From the NCBI GenBank assembly GCA_010093605.1, contig MU004188.1:499673-563672 (forward strand): a stretch of DNA of 64,000 bases, read 5' to 3'. The stretch is from Lophium mytilinum. Taxonomy: Eukaryota. A model generated the notes under the pieces. That model worked only from the letters and a program-made list of their open reading frames with translations. It was not told where the DNA came from and did no database searches. Positions 49,773 through 62,427 of the stretch are shown piece after piece (positions within the stretch are counted from its first letter, which is position 1; each line of letters begins with the position of its first letter). The position numbers and the translations under genes are program-made.

Positions 49773-51713
49773 TGTCAGTCGACCAACCAACCAAAGGACC
49801 ACGAGTGTCCTTAGGATGATCAAGAAGACTGGAATGTGAAGCTCTCCTACCAACAAGCAACCTCTTGAACAGACGCAAGGCAAGCAACGCTGGTGGGGCA
49901 GAGGAGTGGTGCAGGAAAGAAGGGAAGATCTCAAACCTACCTGACCCGAAGGTTGTCGAATGATGTGTGTGTCGAGAGAACGTGTTGCTATCCAAGAGTC
50001 CAAGCTGGTTGCAGCAGCAATGAAGGAAAGAAGACGGTTGACCGAGCTGGACGCAAGATTGTTGTTGATGAGTTGGTGGATGAAAAGAAGAAGAATGAGA
50101 AAGCTAGATGGCCGGAAGTTGGATCTGTCTGGAGCCCTCCTGCCAATGGATGTGGATGATCGTCGTTGACGTTGAAAAATGAGAGAGTGGTGGTGGAAGA
50201 ACGAAGGCCGGGGGGTGGCTACGTTTTTGTAGTGGGCAAGAACGAGCCGCCTTCTACCTTCACCTTGCCTGCACGGGCTTCCTCCCTTCACCCAAAGTCT
50301 CGCCGGAGGTGTCCAGTTGGTTCTATGAGCGAAGAGGTGGAGCTGCTGTCAGCCAATAGGAGACTCGTCCGTCAACTTCACCTTTGGCGTTGAGGCGGCG
50401 GAGGAGAGACTGCCAGGCAGGTGCCAGTTCGAAAGCTTTCGCCAGGGGGTGGCAGGTACCTATGACGTTTTACGAGGCTGCTCTTGGTCTGGAGAAGCTA
50501 TGTGAACGTGGATGGCGCTTCCTAGACTAGCTTCGCCAGGTGGAGAACGCTCCGAGATTTAGGGATGAACTTACAGGAGGTGAATGTCCAAATAATCAAG
50601 CAGGATCATACACGTGTAACCGCAGAGGAGCACGTATCGACACGCAGTAGAGATTCCAAGCTTCCTAGGTCCTACAATAGCTCACAGATATCCCTATACT
50701 TCCCTTCACTGCCTGTGGTGCCTCAAGATGCCTTCAAATCGGTGAACCAGGAGGAAGTTCAGCATGATGGACAAGTACTAAGCTCCGGAGGCCACTTCAG
50801 ACAGCTGGATACAAAGCAGAAGGGCAGATCGTTGCCCGAGGTTCCTATCGGTATGTTGCAGTACTAAACGCTCTGGCTTCCTACGACAAGAAACAGTCGA
50901 GGAGCAATGTGATTGAGCCTGGGGCTGGATAATTCACGACCTACAGAGGAGACCCTAGACAATGTTACTGAAAAGCCAACAATATAGTAGGGGGGAACAG
51001 ACCTGACACCGATGTTACCCCTTTTATCATGACTAAAGGCTCTGGGAGCGTCAGGCTCACAGCAGGCCATGTGGCCAAGGCTCGTATTTGGATAGGGACA
51101 CACATTTGACTTTGATCCTCGATCTTTCGCGGGCTACGTAAAGCCTTCTGACAAACGGTATCCTCTATTATCGGGACTACTCCCAGTAGCACAGTCCTTT
51201 GCAACAGTAGTTGGCCGTGCTACGTAGCTGTTCTGGCGGATTCAGCGACCGGACTATTTCACAAGATCAGTAATTTGATAGCCGAATTCACAACCTAGCT
51301 GCCTCGCACACTTGTTCATCGAAGGCCCCTACTTCGCTGCTTAGAGTGATCAAAGGAAGCAACCCATTCATCAGGAGCACATGATACTACACCTACACTC
51401 TGCCCCGATAGAAACAATAACTTGCTCAGAACGTGATATCATTTACAAAACCTCGAGCAATGGCAAAGAGGTATGCACAACATTGTAGAAAGATGCTGCA
51501 CTTTACCAGGAGTATGTCACCAAGGAGAGTCAAGCGCAATGAAGTAACATTGACAACTTGACGAGGAAATTCCAGACTCTTTTCACATTGATTAAGGCAA
51601 GCGACTACCGTCCTCCCTATAAAAACGCCAGTCGCTATGCATGTCGCTCATCTTGGAATAAAAGCACTCTATGAAAGAAAATAGGTACACACGAGGAGCC
51701 ATGAATCACCGCC

Positions 51714-54257
51714 TCATCTCCTACTGCGTGTGCCCCGCGTGGGCGGCAATGTCTCAAAGGCATCATCGTCATCGGAGATCTCATCGTCGCTCTATTGCTT
51801 GTCAGCATATCTGGGCGCACCAGAAAGAGGAGAAACTATCAAATGTTCAGATGTACTTACCGGCTCTTGAACCTTCTTACTCCGGCCGTTCGTCTGGCTT
51901 CGCTGTGTCCCGGCCTGAGAAAAGTCCAGTGTTGCCTGCTTCGAGCTTCGAGCGGGCGCCTTCTTCACCGGTGCTTTGGGTGCGGCCTTGGTTGTAGTCT
52001 TGGCTGCGGGCTTCTTTGCCTGGGATTTAGCAGGCTTTACGAAGAGACTGTCGTCCTCGTCCTCTTCCTCGTCATCCTCATCAATCATGATCACATCATC
52101 GTCCTCTTCATCTTCATCATCGTCAACAACTTTTTTCTTGCCTCGTCCTCCGCGAGGAGCTGGAGCTTTCTTCGGTGCTGCCGTGGCTATCTTGCGAGTG
52201 GTTGCAGCCGCTTTTCCCCGACCACGAGCGGCGGGTTTCTTTGGAGGGGCGACGGCAGTATCGTTGTCTTCATCATCTTCAGCCTCTCCGTCCGTGTGAA
52301 CAAGAGCCCCTGGTTGATCCGCCCAGTCGCCGTCGAGGTCGCTGTCCCAAGTGTCGGGCTTTGGCTTCAGTTTGGCTTTCCTCTGCGTTTCCCGTCAATT
52401 ATCGCCCCTAGTCAGCAAAGGGCAACTTACAGTCTTCTTTAGAAGCCCAGCAGAGAACAGCTCTTCCAGCTTTGACTTCTGGCGTTGCAACTCGTCGACG
52501 ATTTCATCTTCCTCGATGTCATTTGACTCGAGTAAATGCTTTACCTGATTTGCCAAGCTTTCATTCACGAACATCTCCATGGCATGTTTGTCATCTTTAT
52601 CAACGAACTGGCTGACTGCGTCTCCAAAGGAGTTCTGAGGTAGGATGGTAAGAGACTGTGCGGTGAGGAATTCGCGTACCAGCTTCTCAACCTTGACCGT
52701 GTCAATCGACAGCTGGGCAAGAATGGATTCCTCGGGCAATTCCGCATTAGCATTGGCCGTTCCTGTGCATTCCGTCAGATCCTCGCGTATATGTACTGGG
52801 TCAAAACTTACGTTTTGCTGTTGCTTTCTTGCGGTAGAACTGGATGACATCGCTAACATTCGCGACTTTGTCTTGGAATCGGTTCGAGAAGCGTTGAGGA
52901 TTTTCGCAGTCGTAACGGCCTCCCTCAGGCGCGGTGTACTCTACTCGCAGACGGATAAGCGGCAATGGTGCTACCAGCTCTTCGTCCTCGTCGTCATCTT
53001 GACACGAGAGCCATTCCGTCTTTGCATCTGCTATTAGCTTTTCGACAATCTGTATCAAATGCCGAGTAATGACAGTTCGATTATTGTCATTTCTCCAAAC
53101 ATCCTTCAATGCTCTCTCTTCGGAAAGAACGATTTCTTTCATCACGAAAGGACGGACTGTCTTCAGTCGGATAGGTTCACACTTGAACTCCTTGCCAGTG
53201 ATGCTGACTACAGCGACCTGTTTTGGAACCGCTTCGCCAGGCATAAGGGACGTAGCTACCGACGAGCCTGGTTGCATGACATGGAAACCCATTTCTGGGT
53301 TGTATCGGGGCTCAATCAAGCATTCATGTTCGTGGCCCCAGACTACCAGATCCATAAACTCCGGGAGGAAGTTTTCTGGCAGGTAACCAGTTTCAGTATA
53401 GGCGTGGCTTCAACATATAAGCGGATGTATATGGTACTAAGATGTCAGACTTACTGATTCTGATGCACACTCATGAGATTGAACCAGTCATCTTTCTGAG
53501 TGCCAGGTTGAAAGAACTTTACGTTCCCATCTCGGAACGTGCGGAAGAGTCTCTCATCTCGCACATTACTCATTCCATAAAGAGCAAGCTTTGTACTCCC
53601 CTTTTGGAGTAGGACGGGTTTGATGGCAATGCTATCTGATTCAGGGGTCCTTCCATAGTAGTTCAGCAAGCCAGATATCTGCAAGAGGTCGAGTGCAGCA
53701 AGATGGCCTTCCTAGGTAATGTAAGTCAACTGCACTTCGTGACGTGGATGAGGAAACGTACTCCGGTAGGATCGTCATGATTACCATGTATTGAGAAAAC
53801 CGGTATTGCTACGTTGATGTCTGGATCTTCGTAGTTGACATGATTGAAGGCACTAGCACCCTAAATCAGTTTCAATAGCGATAAGTAACTATAGATATAT
53901 ATTACCCTTGAAAGTTCTCGCTGGCATCGCTGAGCATTTCCAGCTCACACGGCTTCTCGCCGAAGCAGTTCATCCGCAGAGACCGCATGACCTGGTACAT
54001 AGACTTTCGCGAAGGCTTGTTATCATGGAACAGGTCCCCAGCCAGCAATACCATGTCCACATCCTGCTCTTTTGCAAGGCACATCACTTCGTGGAAGCTC
54101 TTCCAGCTGTCATCACCACGAACCGCATCGCGCTCATGGTAGCCTACATGGCTGTCTGTCGCCACAAGAATGCGGATGGTATCCGCGCCTAGCAGTCATA
54201 CTCAGGGTGATATCCATACGGGTTTCGGACTGAACACTTACCAGTAGCTGGAGGCAT
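51714..54257 (-). CDS. MRE11: Double-strand break repair nuclease Mre11
   Basis: [60 protein letters not shown] and PLIRLRVEY, with an acidic/basic tail. Multiple introns. Confidence 0.97.
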
Positions 54258-54508
54258 ATTAGGCAGTGCGGGCAATACTGAAGACGAGAGACCGCAAGCA
54301 ATATGAGAGTGGGGGTGATTTCCCCTCCTCAGCGGTGCCTCTTCCTCGTGAACTTATAGGAGGACCTTTCATGGGGATGGAGCTGCGACGCGGCTCGAAA
54401 CGCGCTCTGCAGCCTGCTGCCAAGTGAATTTGGGGCGTCCGCACGTGCCCGGCTTTTTCGAGCAACCTCATTCACGGTTCGCCGCATCACCTCCGCCGTC
54501 CATCATCA

Positions 54509-54980
54509 ATGTTCCCCACACGAGCGCTCTGCGCGCGATCCGTCTGGAAGGGTATGTTCTGCCAAATTGATAGAGCTGAGCAGCTGCTAATTATCTGAAC
54601 AGGCCCGCACATTGTCCCGTACGCCCTCTATCCCCTGTCGCTATGTCTTTACCACCCTGACAGAATCATCACACAGTCTCCCAATCGTACGACCGAAGCC
54701 CGGCGAAAAAGTGCCTCCAATCAAAACACAGGCCCGCGCTGCGACAATACTACCGAACTTCGTTGGCCTCAAGTTTCAAGTGCATAATGGGAAGATATAC
54801 AACGACATAACCATTACGGAAGATATGGTTGGGCGCAAGCTCGGGGAGTTCTCTCCGTAAGTTTCCCATCATACAGGAGGCTCAGCGTTCCTTGGTGGAC
54901 GCCCGCACATCATATGCAAAGGCTAACATGCGTCCAGGACGAGGAAGAAGTTCACATACAAGCAAACGAAGAATAAATGA
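54509..54980 (+). CDS. RSM19: Mitochondrial ribosomal protein uS19m
   Basis: [23 protein letters not shown]...[23 protein letters not shown]...[16 protein letters not shown]. Three introns, including a 16-nt micro-exon. Confidence 0.92.
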
Positions 54981-55377
54981 AGGCAGTCACTGGAGCGGCA
55001 AAGTGTGGGAGAATGGGTATCATTGGGCGGCGTTATGTGCCTTTTTGGTACTTCTATTGTACAAATTTGCACCATGAAGCTTACCTCGCTCTAAGCCATC
55101 GTGATTGCTGTGCTCGCAAGGTCCCTGTGCAAACTCACTCTCAACGCCAGTATGCCGTGCTCGACCAGCGCGCATACTCCAGTCCATGCTGTGATCCTAC
55201 CCAAGATGAACCGCGCGACCATTACTTCGTATGATTTGTCCCCATAGCCTTGATACTCCGTTAAATGCAGGAAAGAGGGTGTCGGACTCCGCACGCCGGC
55301 CAGTCGTCACTCCAAGCGCAATCGGATGTCTTCCACAAGCTGTTGCTTCGAGAGTCGATTTTCGGATGCTGGTGCAA

Positions 55378-56138
55378 TTATCGATAAAACTCTCCTCTCT
55401 TGATGTTGACCCCATATTCTCCTACTGCCATTCCCAGGTCTTCCATAGAAAGAACGGTTCGCCCTTGACTCCCACCTTGGCCACCACCACCATAACCAGG
55501 TCTCTGCACACCGAGATTGAGACCTTTACCAGCAGGTCCTCCCTCTTTACCACCTGCAGCGCCGCCAGCAGCAGCTGCGCCCTGGGGTCCAGCACCGGTT
55601 CCAGCCGCTCCAGCAAGACCTCCCATAGGATTGTTGCTTGTCGTATTCGATGCGCGTATTCGGGAGAATTGGTAGGCATCGGCGGCGATATCGGCAATGA
55701 ACTTCTGAGTCGCAAGCGCGAGCAGACGAGCGAGATGCGGTGATGTTTGGGGTGGCGGCGGCAGGCCAGCGAGGGTCAGGTAATAGTTCGTCACAGCGTC
55801 TGGGATCTATATGCACAGAGTGGTCAGCCAAGCATACCGTGTGCTGCGTTGTATAGGGATCAGGGCAATCTTACGATAGGCGCATACTCGTCCATCTTGC
55901 CCAAGAACTCGCGCAGAGTGGCGTCTTTCTTTGCCGATATCCGCGCCTCGAGCGCTGCAGCGCCCACACCCGCGCCATTGCTTGTAGAAGGCTCTAGATC
56001 ATTCGCGCCATCGAGGTTCATGGGGTCCGCTTGGGTGTCGTTGGGATTGAGCTCAGCTTCGATAGATCGGTCAATGTCATCCGTGATCTCAGCATTGGGA
56101 TCGGCGCCGGCCGGCTGGGAAACGGGTTGGTCCGTCAT
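55378..56138 (-). CDS. TAF10: TFIID/SAGA subunit Taf10
   Basis: [49 protein letters not shown] and [25 protein letters not shown]. Confidence 0.95.
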
Positions 56139-56736
56139 AGTGGAGGTGGTGTTCCAGTGGGTGGGTAGTGAGAGTAGAGTCGCAGGCCAGGCACCCTTGA
56201 ATACAGTGAGGCTGTCGGAGGCTTGACGATGAATGGAGCTGACTGCCAAGGCTTGTCGGCCCGACTTGTTCCGAGCGAATCGTCAAGGTTGTTCGCAGCT
56301 CGTTCGTTCGATTGGTCTGCACCTCTCGACATTAGGCCACCTCTTAGAGGGACTAGGTGCGGACTGCTGAGGACCACGAAACTGGAGCCTGCGCTGAATG
56401 CGCGTAAAAGAGGCTCTCCTATTTCACCCATTTTCATGTGAATCACGTAGGTATCGGCGCAACGTTAGAGCTCTTCTATGCTTTCATCCACAGTTCACTA
56501 ATTCGCAAGCCTGACTTGGGTCTAATCACATGTTCCTTACGCTGCTAAACAGACATCTATCTAGACACACATGACCTCCTCTAGTCCTCGTTTCTTCTGA
56601 GCTTCCGAGATAAAACATTCACGCCGGTCAGAGCTGCGGCCTCCTGAGGTTTGTGGACAGGGAATTGCGACTCCTGAGACTTGTCAATCGATCCTGGAGC
56701 TATTGCTAACCTCATCGAGTCTCTCCAAACGTCGTC

Positions 56737-58209
56737 ATGGCGTCCCTCGGGGGCTTACCGAACGAACTACTCGTCGAAGTCTTCTCACGCTTAGGGGACG
56801 TCGGCGATGTAATCAACTTGTCTCAGAGCTTTCGCGCCGCCCAAGATGTCCTAGACACTCGCGGTTTCTACCTCTCCATCATGCGATCTGTGATAAAACT
56901 CTCACACACTCACCGCTTTGATGTTCAGCTGTGTAGGCTTCTGGAACTACAAAAAGATCTACCGAATAGCTTGTCTGCAGCTGAGCCCTGCATCTATATC
57001 ATTCGGGACCTCACCTTTGGCCCAATATCTACCTTTCGAGACGCCAATGAGCTCCGGCTACACGACAGTATTCTGGAACCTGTCGACTGGATCTCCGATA
57101 ATCAAATAGATGACATCGTTGCTCGCTATAAAGGTCTTCACACTCTCCAAAGTCTCTATCTGCTCACACCCCCAACGGCACCATTCCTCGATCCCAACCT
57201 TCAAGACAATGAGCTCCTACGCGGCTTGGATGCTGTACAATCACGGGATCTTTCAGAAATTTCTGATGCGGATCTGTTGTTGAATGCCTCTCAACGCCTC
57301 GGTTACACAAGAGTATTGGATTTTGCGCAGCGTGGTCGCTTTCACGCTGCAGTCACTCACTATTGGATCCTGCATATTGTACGATGGACTCAGTGTCATT
57401 TCGGTTACCTGTATCCAAGAACGGGAAGTAATCTCCGTTACGACATCATGACCTTTCTCGACCTACAGTCCACATCACCGTTGCTCGATGCCTTCGACCT
57501 CCTTGAGATTTACATCTTCCTGTACAAACACCTCCTCCCACGGCATGCTCGCACCTTGGCGGATCTCTGGGATGAGGGTACAACCATGACCTATCTTTCA
57601 CATACTCCAGGTCACTACCCCGATGATAGCCCACGACTGTTCTCAACAGCTTTACCAGAACTCAACATTCCGTCGACTACTTCCCCCCTGACAGTCAACC
57701 CTACATTGAGCAGGACAGGGTACGGCAGCGGTGCGGTCAAGCCTCTTGATACTGTAGATTCGTTCAAGACTTTCTACCTGGGAGCGTGCGCCGCGCTGAG
57801 CCCGGCCGACATAATCGATCTCACCATACGAGACGATCTGATGCGACACCCTCCTTATCCAATCTGTACTCCGCCTTTGAGTTCACTTTGCTCTTTGGTG
57901 CCAAGCCCCAACTGTATCATGGATCGGCAGCATAGGTGGCTCAGGTTGGCTTCCTTTACAAACGACCGCTCGATATACAGAGGGACAACCTATGACGACC
58001 CGCACTTTGTAATGCTACAAGAAAAGATTGTTCTTCTGGCTGCTGAAAGCTTGAAGGGATATAAGGGGAAGCTTGATAAGTTGAGAATGTGGAATAATTG
58101 GCGCAAAGACGTCAAGGGCTGCGTGTGGTGGTGGGCGGCTTCTGAGGAGAAAGCGAAGATGAAAGTTCAGAGGTGGAAGGAGAAAGGCTTGTGGCATCTG
58201 CAGCACTAA
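56737..58209 (+). CDS. Hypothetical protein with N-terminal F-box-like motif
   Basis: Uninterrupted 490-aa ORF starting MASLGGLPNELLVEVFSRL. The remainder is unrecognised. Confidence 0.7.
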   Translation: MASLGGLPNELLVEVFSRLGDVGDVINLSQSFRAAQDVLDTRGFYLSIMRSVIKLSHTHRFDVQLCRLLELQKDLPNSLSAAEPCIYIIRDLTFGPISTFRDANELRLHDSILEPVDWISDNQIDDIVARYKGLHTLQSLYLLTPPTAPFLDPNLQDNELLRGLDAVQSRDLSEISDADLLLNASQRLGYTRVLDFAQRGRFHAAVTHYWILHIVRWTQCHFGYLYPRTGSNLRYDIMTFLDLQSTSPLLDAFDLLEIYIFLYKHLLPRHARTLADLWDEGTTMTYLSHTPGHYPDDSPRLFSTALPELNIPSTTSPLTVNPTLSRTGYGSGAVKPLDTVDSFKTFYLGACAALSPADIIDLTIRDDLMRHPPYPICTPPLSSLCSLVPSPNCIMDRQHRWLRLASFTNDRSIYRGTTYDDPHFVMLQEKIVLLAAESLKGYKGKLDKLRMWNNWRKDVKGCVWWWAASEEKAKMKVQRWKEKGLWHLQH

Positions 58210-59482
58210 AAAGTGCGAAGGAGTCTGGGTTTTGCATGCACATATTTGACCTTGTGGATTGTCGAACCAGTTGGCCTAGGAGGTTGCAGATACCGCCCTC
58301 AGAGGCGATGTAATGGGTTTATGGGGCGTTCAAAATGACAGGCTTTGATCTTTCTCGGGTTTCTGGAAGGATGAAGATAATGAAACTGTCTATACTAAGC
58401 TTTCATGCTTTCATTGTGACTACCTTTTCGATCCAAATACACGTGCACACTCCGAAGCTGAGCTAGACACGAGGAAGCACGCTAGGAATGAACAAAGTGG
58501 CACACCCTTCAAGCACTCTACCTCGTGTACAACTGTTCACCACTGCTTGAAGTGCCCTAACGAGTTTTCACATGGCCCAAAGTGAAGAGCTTCTCTCTCG
58601 TTTTTGTTTCTGAAAATGCATTGGGGCAACCCAAGCAGTGGCATACACGCATACACATCCATCGCAGGTTGGTTGAAATAAGAGTGCCGCCTTTTTTATG
58701 CCCCACGTGGGAGGTAAGAGGTTGATAAGACGTCGGATCTGGTCTGCCGCTTCTGATACAACTTCGCCAGCATCAAAAGCGACGGATTCATTATCACTTG
58801 AGTCCATAGTGATGTAGTTATTTCCGTAAAGCAAGTGGTTTCATTGTTAGTGTAGATCTTCGTGCGTAGTCGTCATATTTGCAAGGCATAACTCCAGGTT
58901 CGTACTTACACGCTGGATCAGGGGTTTAGGATAGGATATGCTAGAACGTCTGAGTTAAATAACAAGATGAAAGATAGAGCGCACATTTTTGTATGCGCGC
59001 GGGAAGGAAGAGCCGTCAATGGGATAGCACCTGCAAGCAAGAGTACGAGTAGCTTTGGTAGCTACTGTTCGATATGGCCCAGCGAGCATACCGAATCTTC
59101 AATGAGCTTCTGCCGTGATAAATATCTTGAAGATTTGACGAAGCACTACAAGCTATGGCAAGGGATTTGATAGAAACTTATGATAAGGCAATGCATGCAC
59201 CTGTGAAGTAGCTCGGTGGAGCTGTTAACATTCTCTTCTTATCAAGTGGAAGGTAATCTGCTACATAAGCTGTCATTTGAAAGTAATAGCACTGATACGG
59301 TTTTGGAATTTCGATGGATCATTCCTATCTCGAGTCTTTGCTTGAAAAGCTAGCCGCGGATGCTGTGTCGGCGTCTCTCACGATGCTTTGACCCCCTTTT
59401 TGGAGCGTCGGAGACCAGCATGACAGTCGTATAGCTTTCAAGGTCGGTGTATCGTGAAGCTCATGTAAATTTCTCTCAGAGC

Positions 59483-59972
59483 CTAGCTACCTCTCGATTG
59501 CAGAAGCCGCTCGATGCCTTGTTGGCTGTTCTTGTATGTCGTGTCCAGGTAGTGAAGCTTCTTGTCGAGATTGGCCATCTCCTTTTCCAGAGCCGTGGTC
59601 TCGTCTGCAAGCCTCTTCTTCACATCTGCTGGAGGACTGAACACAAACCTAATTTCCAGTTCATTAGAACTTTAAGGGGAGATGGGTGATTACGATCTCA
59701 CATCTTTCCTACGCCCTCGTACACATTAGTCGTCTCTGGAAGCGACGCGACCTCGCTTGTCGTCAACTGGAGCATTCGGCTCTCCCGGTTCTTGGCAGTA
59801 ATTTGGGCCTTCACTATGCCGAGTTGCTGTTGGGAGAATGCCGCCTTCGCCTCGATCTCTTGCAGGAGCTAGAGACGGGACATACGAATTAGAAATGTCG
59901 AGACCTAAGAACCTTTGCCATATGGAATTCCAAATCGCTTACCTTCTGCAGTGCTTCATTAGGGATCGACAT
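59483..59972 (-). CDS. PFD1: Prefoldin subunit 1
   Basis: MSIPNEALQK-LLQEIEAKAAFSQQQL...NVYEGVGKM-FV...LDKKLHYLDTTYKNS. Two introns. Confidence 0.9.
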
Positions 59973-60386
59973 GTCTACTGATATCAGTTTCAGATTCGAT
60001 GTTGATCGAAGAGGTGAAGTTGATGGCCACTTTCGTCGACGGCAAAACGATGATCCAGGCTGACATGTGATTGGTGGGACGCGTCGATATCGCGGTTCGC
60101 AGGCAAATCCTTGCGATTCGATGTTGGAGGGGACCCTTGCTTTGAGCAGCTTCAATCGACCATGCGGCCATTATCCCATTGTCCGAAACCGCGCGCATCC
60201 TCCAAATCCCGCAGCTTCGCATATATCTGCGTGGCTAGTCCTGCCACACCGGCATAATGACATGATCTGTTGCCAACTTAGCACCATTATCTTCCCAAAG
60301 TTCCGTTCACATCCGCGACTTTAAGACAGCTCCGACGACCTCCATTGCCCCTCCCAAGCCAGTCGTATTGGCTCCTTGAACGCAAA

Positions 60387-61706
60387 ATGGCCGAATCCAC
60401 GCATTCCTGGCTTCCCTCGATACCATATCCTCCTGCTCAAGAAGGACGATGGTCTCCAGTGACATCAACTCTCAATTGGTGTGAAGAGGTGAGTTCAACA
60501 TACCTATTAGGTATCTTCAAAATCGGCCACCGCCTCCCCCCCCTTCCCAATTGATTGTCGAAGGGAGCTAGATCCCGACCTAGGAGCTTTGGACTCCCTC
60601 TCGGCCCACTTGCGCACTGCTCCAGGCACCCTTGCCTGACATTGCTTGGGATGCTTCGTCTCGACACCGTTTCGAAAGACAAGACGATTTCCAGAAGTCA
60701 AGACTGACAGTCAACAGGATTACTACGCGACCATTTACTCCGCCGAAATCGTGAATACCCTCACAAACCTCCTGTTCATGTACCTCGCCGCACAGGGAAT
60801 CCGTGGTTGCTTGAAGAATGGCCACGATGGGATATTCGTTGTAACTTTTATTGGGTATCTCCTTGTGGGCAGCGGCAGCTTTCTGTTCCATGCCACGTTA
60901 AAATGTATGTTTGGACCAATACAAGGTATACCCTTTTCATTGCGTGCCCACCTAAGCCTTGTGTGCTGTAGATCCTATGCAGCTCGTCGATGAGCTATCC
61001 ATGATATACACGACATGCCTCATGTGCTACGCAACCTTCTCCCACGGAAAGTCGAAACTCTACTCGACAGTTCTAGCTGTATCCTTGGTGTCATTGTCAC
61101 TGTTCATCACACTATACTACCACTACCTCCAGGACCCGACGTTCCACCAAAATGCATATGCCCTCCTTACTGCTACTGTTGTCTTCCGAAGTATGTTTGT
61201 CATGGAAGTCAATATCCGACCCAAGTTCAAAGCGAAGGCGGCAAGAGAGGTGCAACGCGCGACAGCAGCTGGTAAAGCAGAGCAGCGTCGACAGGACCAG
61301 CGGGATAAAGATATATTGCGTCAAATGTGGAAGCTGATTGGCTGCGGTCTGAGCATATTCATTGGTGGTTTTGCTATCTGGACTGTGGACAACGAGTTCT
61401 GTTTGACTTTGAGAGTCTGGCGGAGACAAATAGGTTTGCCCTGGGGCATCTTGCTGGAAGGGCATGGGTGGTGGTGAGTACTCAGACACCATTCAAAGTC
61501 CTCCCACTGACCAGCATAGGCATATCATGACGGGTATCGGAGCGTACTTCTACATCCAGTGGGGGATATGGCTGCGACATTGTCTCAACGAGAAGCAAGA
61601 CAACTACGAACTGCACTGGCCAAGCCTCTTTTCCCTTCCCGCCGTTGTACGGCAGCAGAACAAGCCCTCGAATGGGCAGGTTGGAAGTACCACAAAAGAC
61701 AAGTGA
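60387..61706 (+). CDS. Alkaline ceramidase (Ypc1/Ydc1, CREST superfamily)
   Basis: TSTLNWCEE-DY, AEIVNTLTN, GSGSFLFHATLK-YPMQLVDELSM and LEGHGWW-HIMTG. Three introns. Confidence 0.93.
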
Positions 61707-62427
61707 GATCAGAAGGGGGTGTAGTATTCAAATCGTGCTTTCCTCAAGCAATTTAAGATATGGAGCAAGCCTGATGCTTCTCTCAACATGCTTGCACAGG
61801 ATGAAAGAAGTATACCTTTGAGAAGCGCTCAGTAGTGGACGTCTACAGACGCACTACGCCTGGCCAAGGTCTTTAAAATGTACATACTGTACTCACACAA
61901 TGCTGTCTGACATGTTTTGAACGCCATGAAGAAGTCGGGAAGTGATTGAGGTTTATTACATTGCATCCAGGCTCAGATAAGCCACGCTGTTCACACCATG
62001 CTATTCCTACAATTGAAGCCCGCAGCTGAAGCCCCCAGCAAATTAAAACTACAGCGCCCAAACACCGTGATCTAGCTAGCGTTGTTGTGATAGATCGTGT
62101 ACAACCCGTGCATGTGAACAAAGTCTCCAGCTATTTTCCCCTTAGGACAGTGAATTGGCTATGACTACTGCACAAATATCGGCAGCCTGTTGCTCCCGAG
62201 GTGGCCTGCAATTCACGCGTGGAACGCGCCCGAACAGGCTAGCCCGCGTTGTTTTGGTCAAGGCGTTCGGCAAGCGCCTTGACCTCTTTCCACAACACTT
62301 GCTTCTCACCGCTACCGCTGCCATCTCCACCTCCACCTCCACCGTCCACTCGACAGCTCTTCATTCCACCATCTCCGCCATTCTCAGCTCCCACCAACAA
62401 CTTTAGCACTTCTCTCAATCCGTCAAC

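Noticed and set aside
58568..59170. Small ORFs between the F-box-like gene and PFD1
   Set aside because: No motifs or convincing splice structure.
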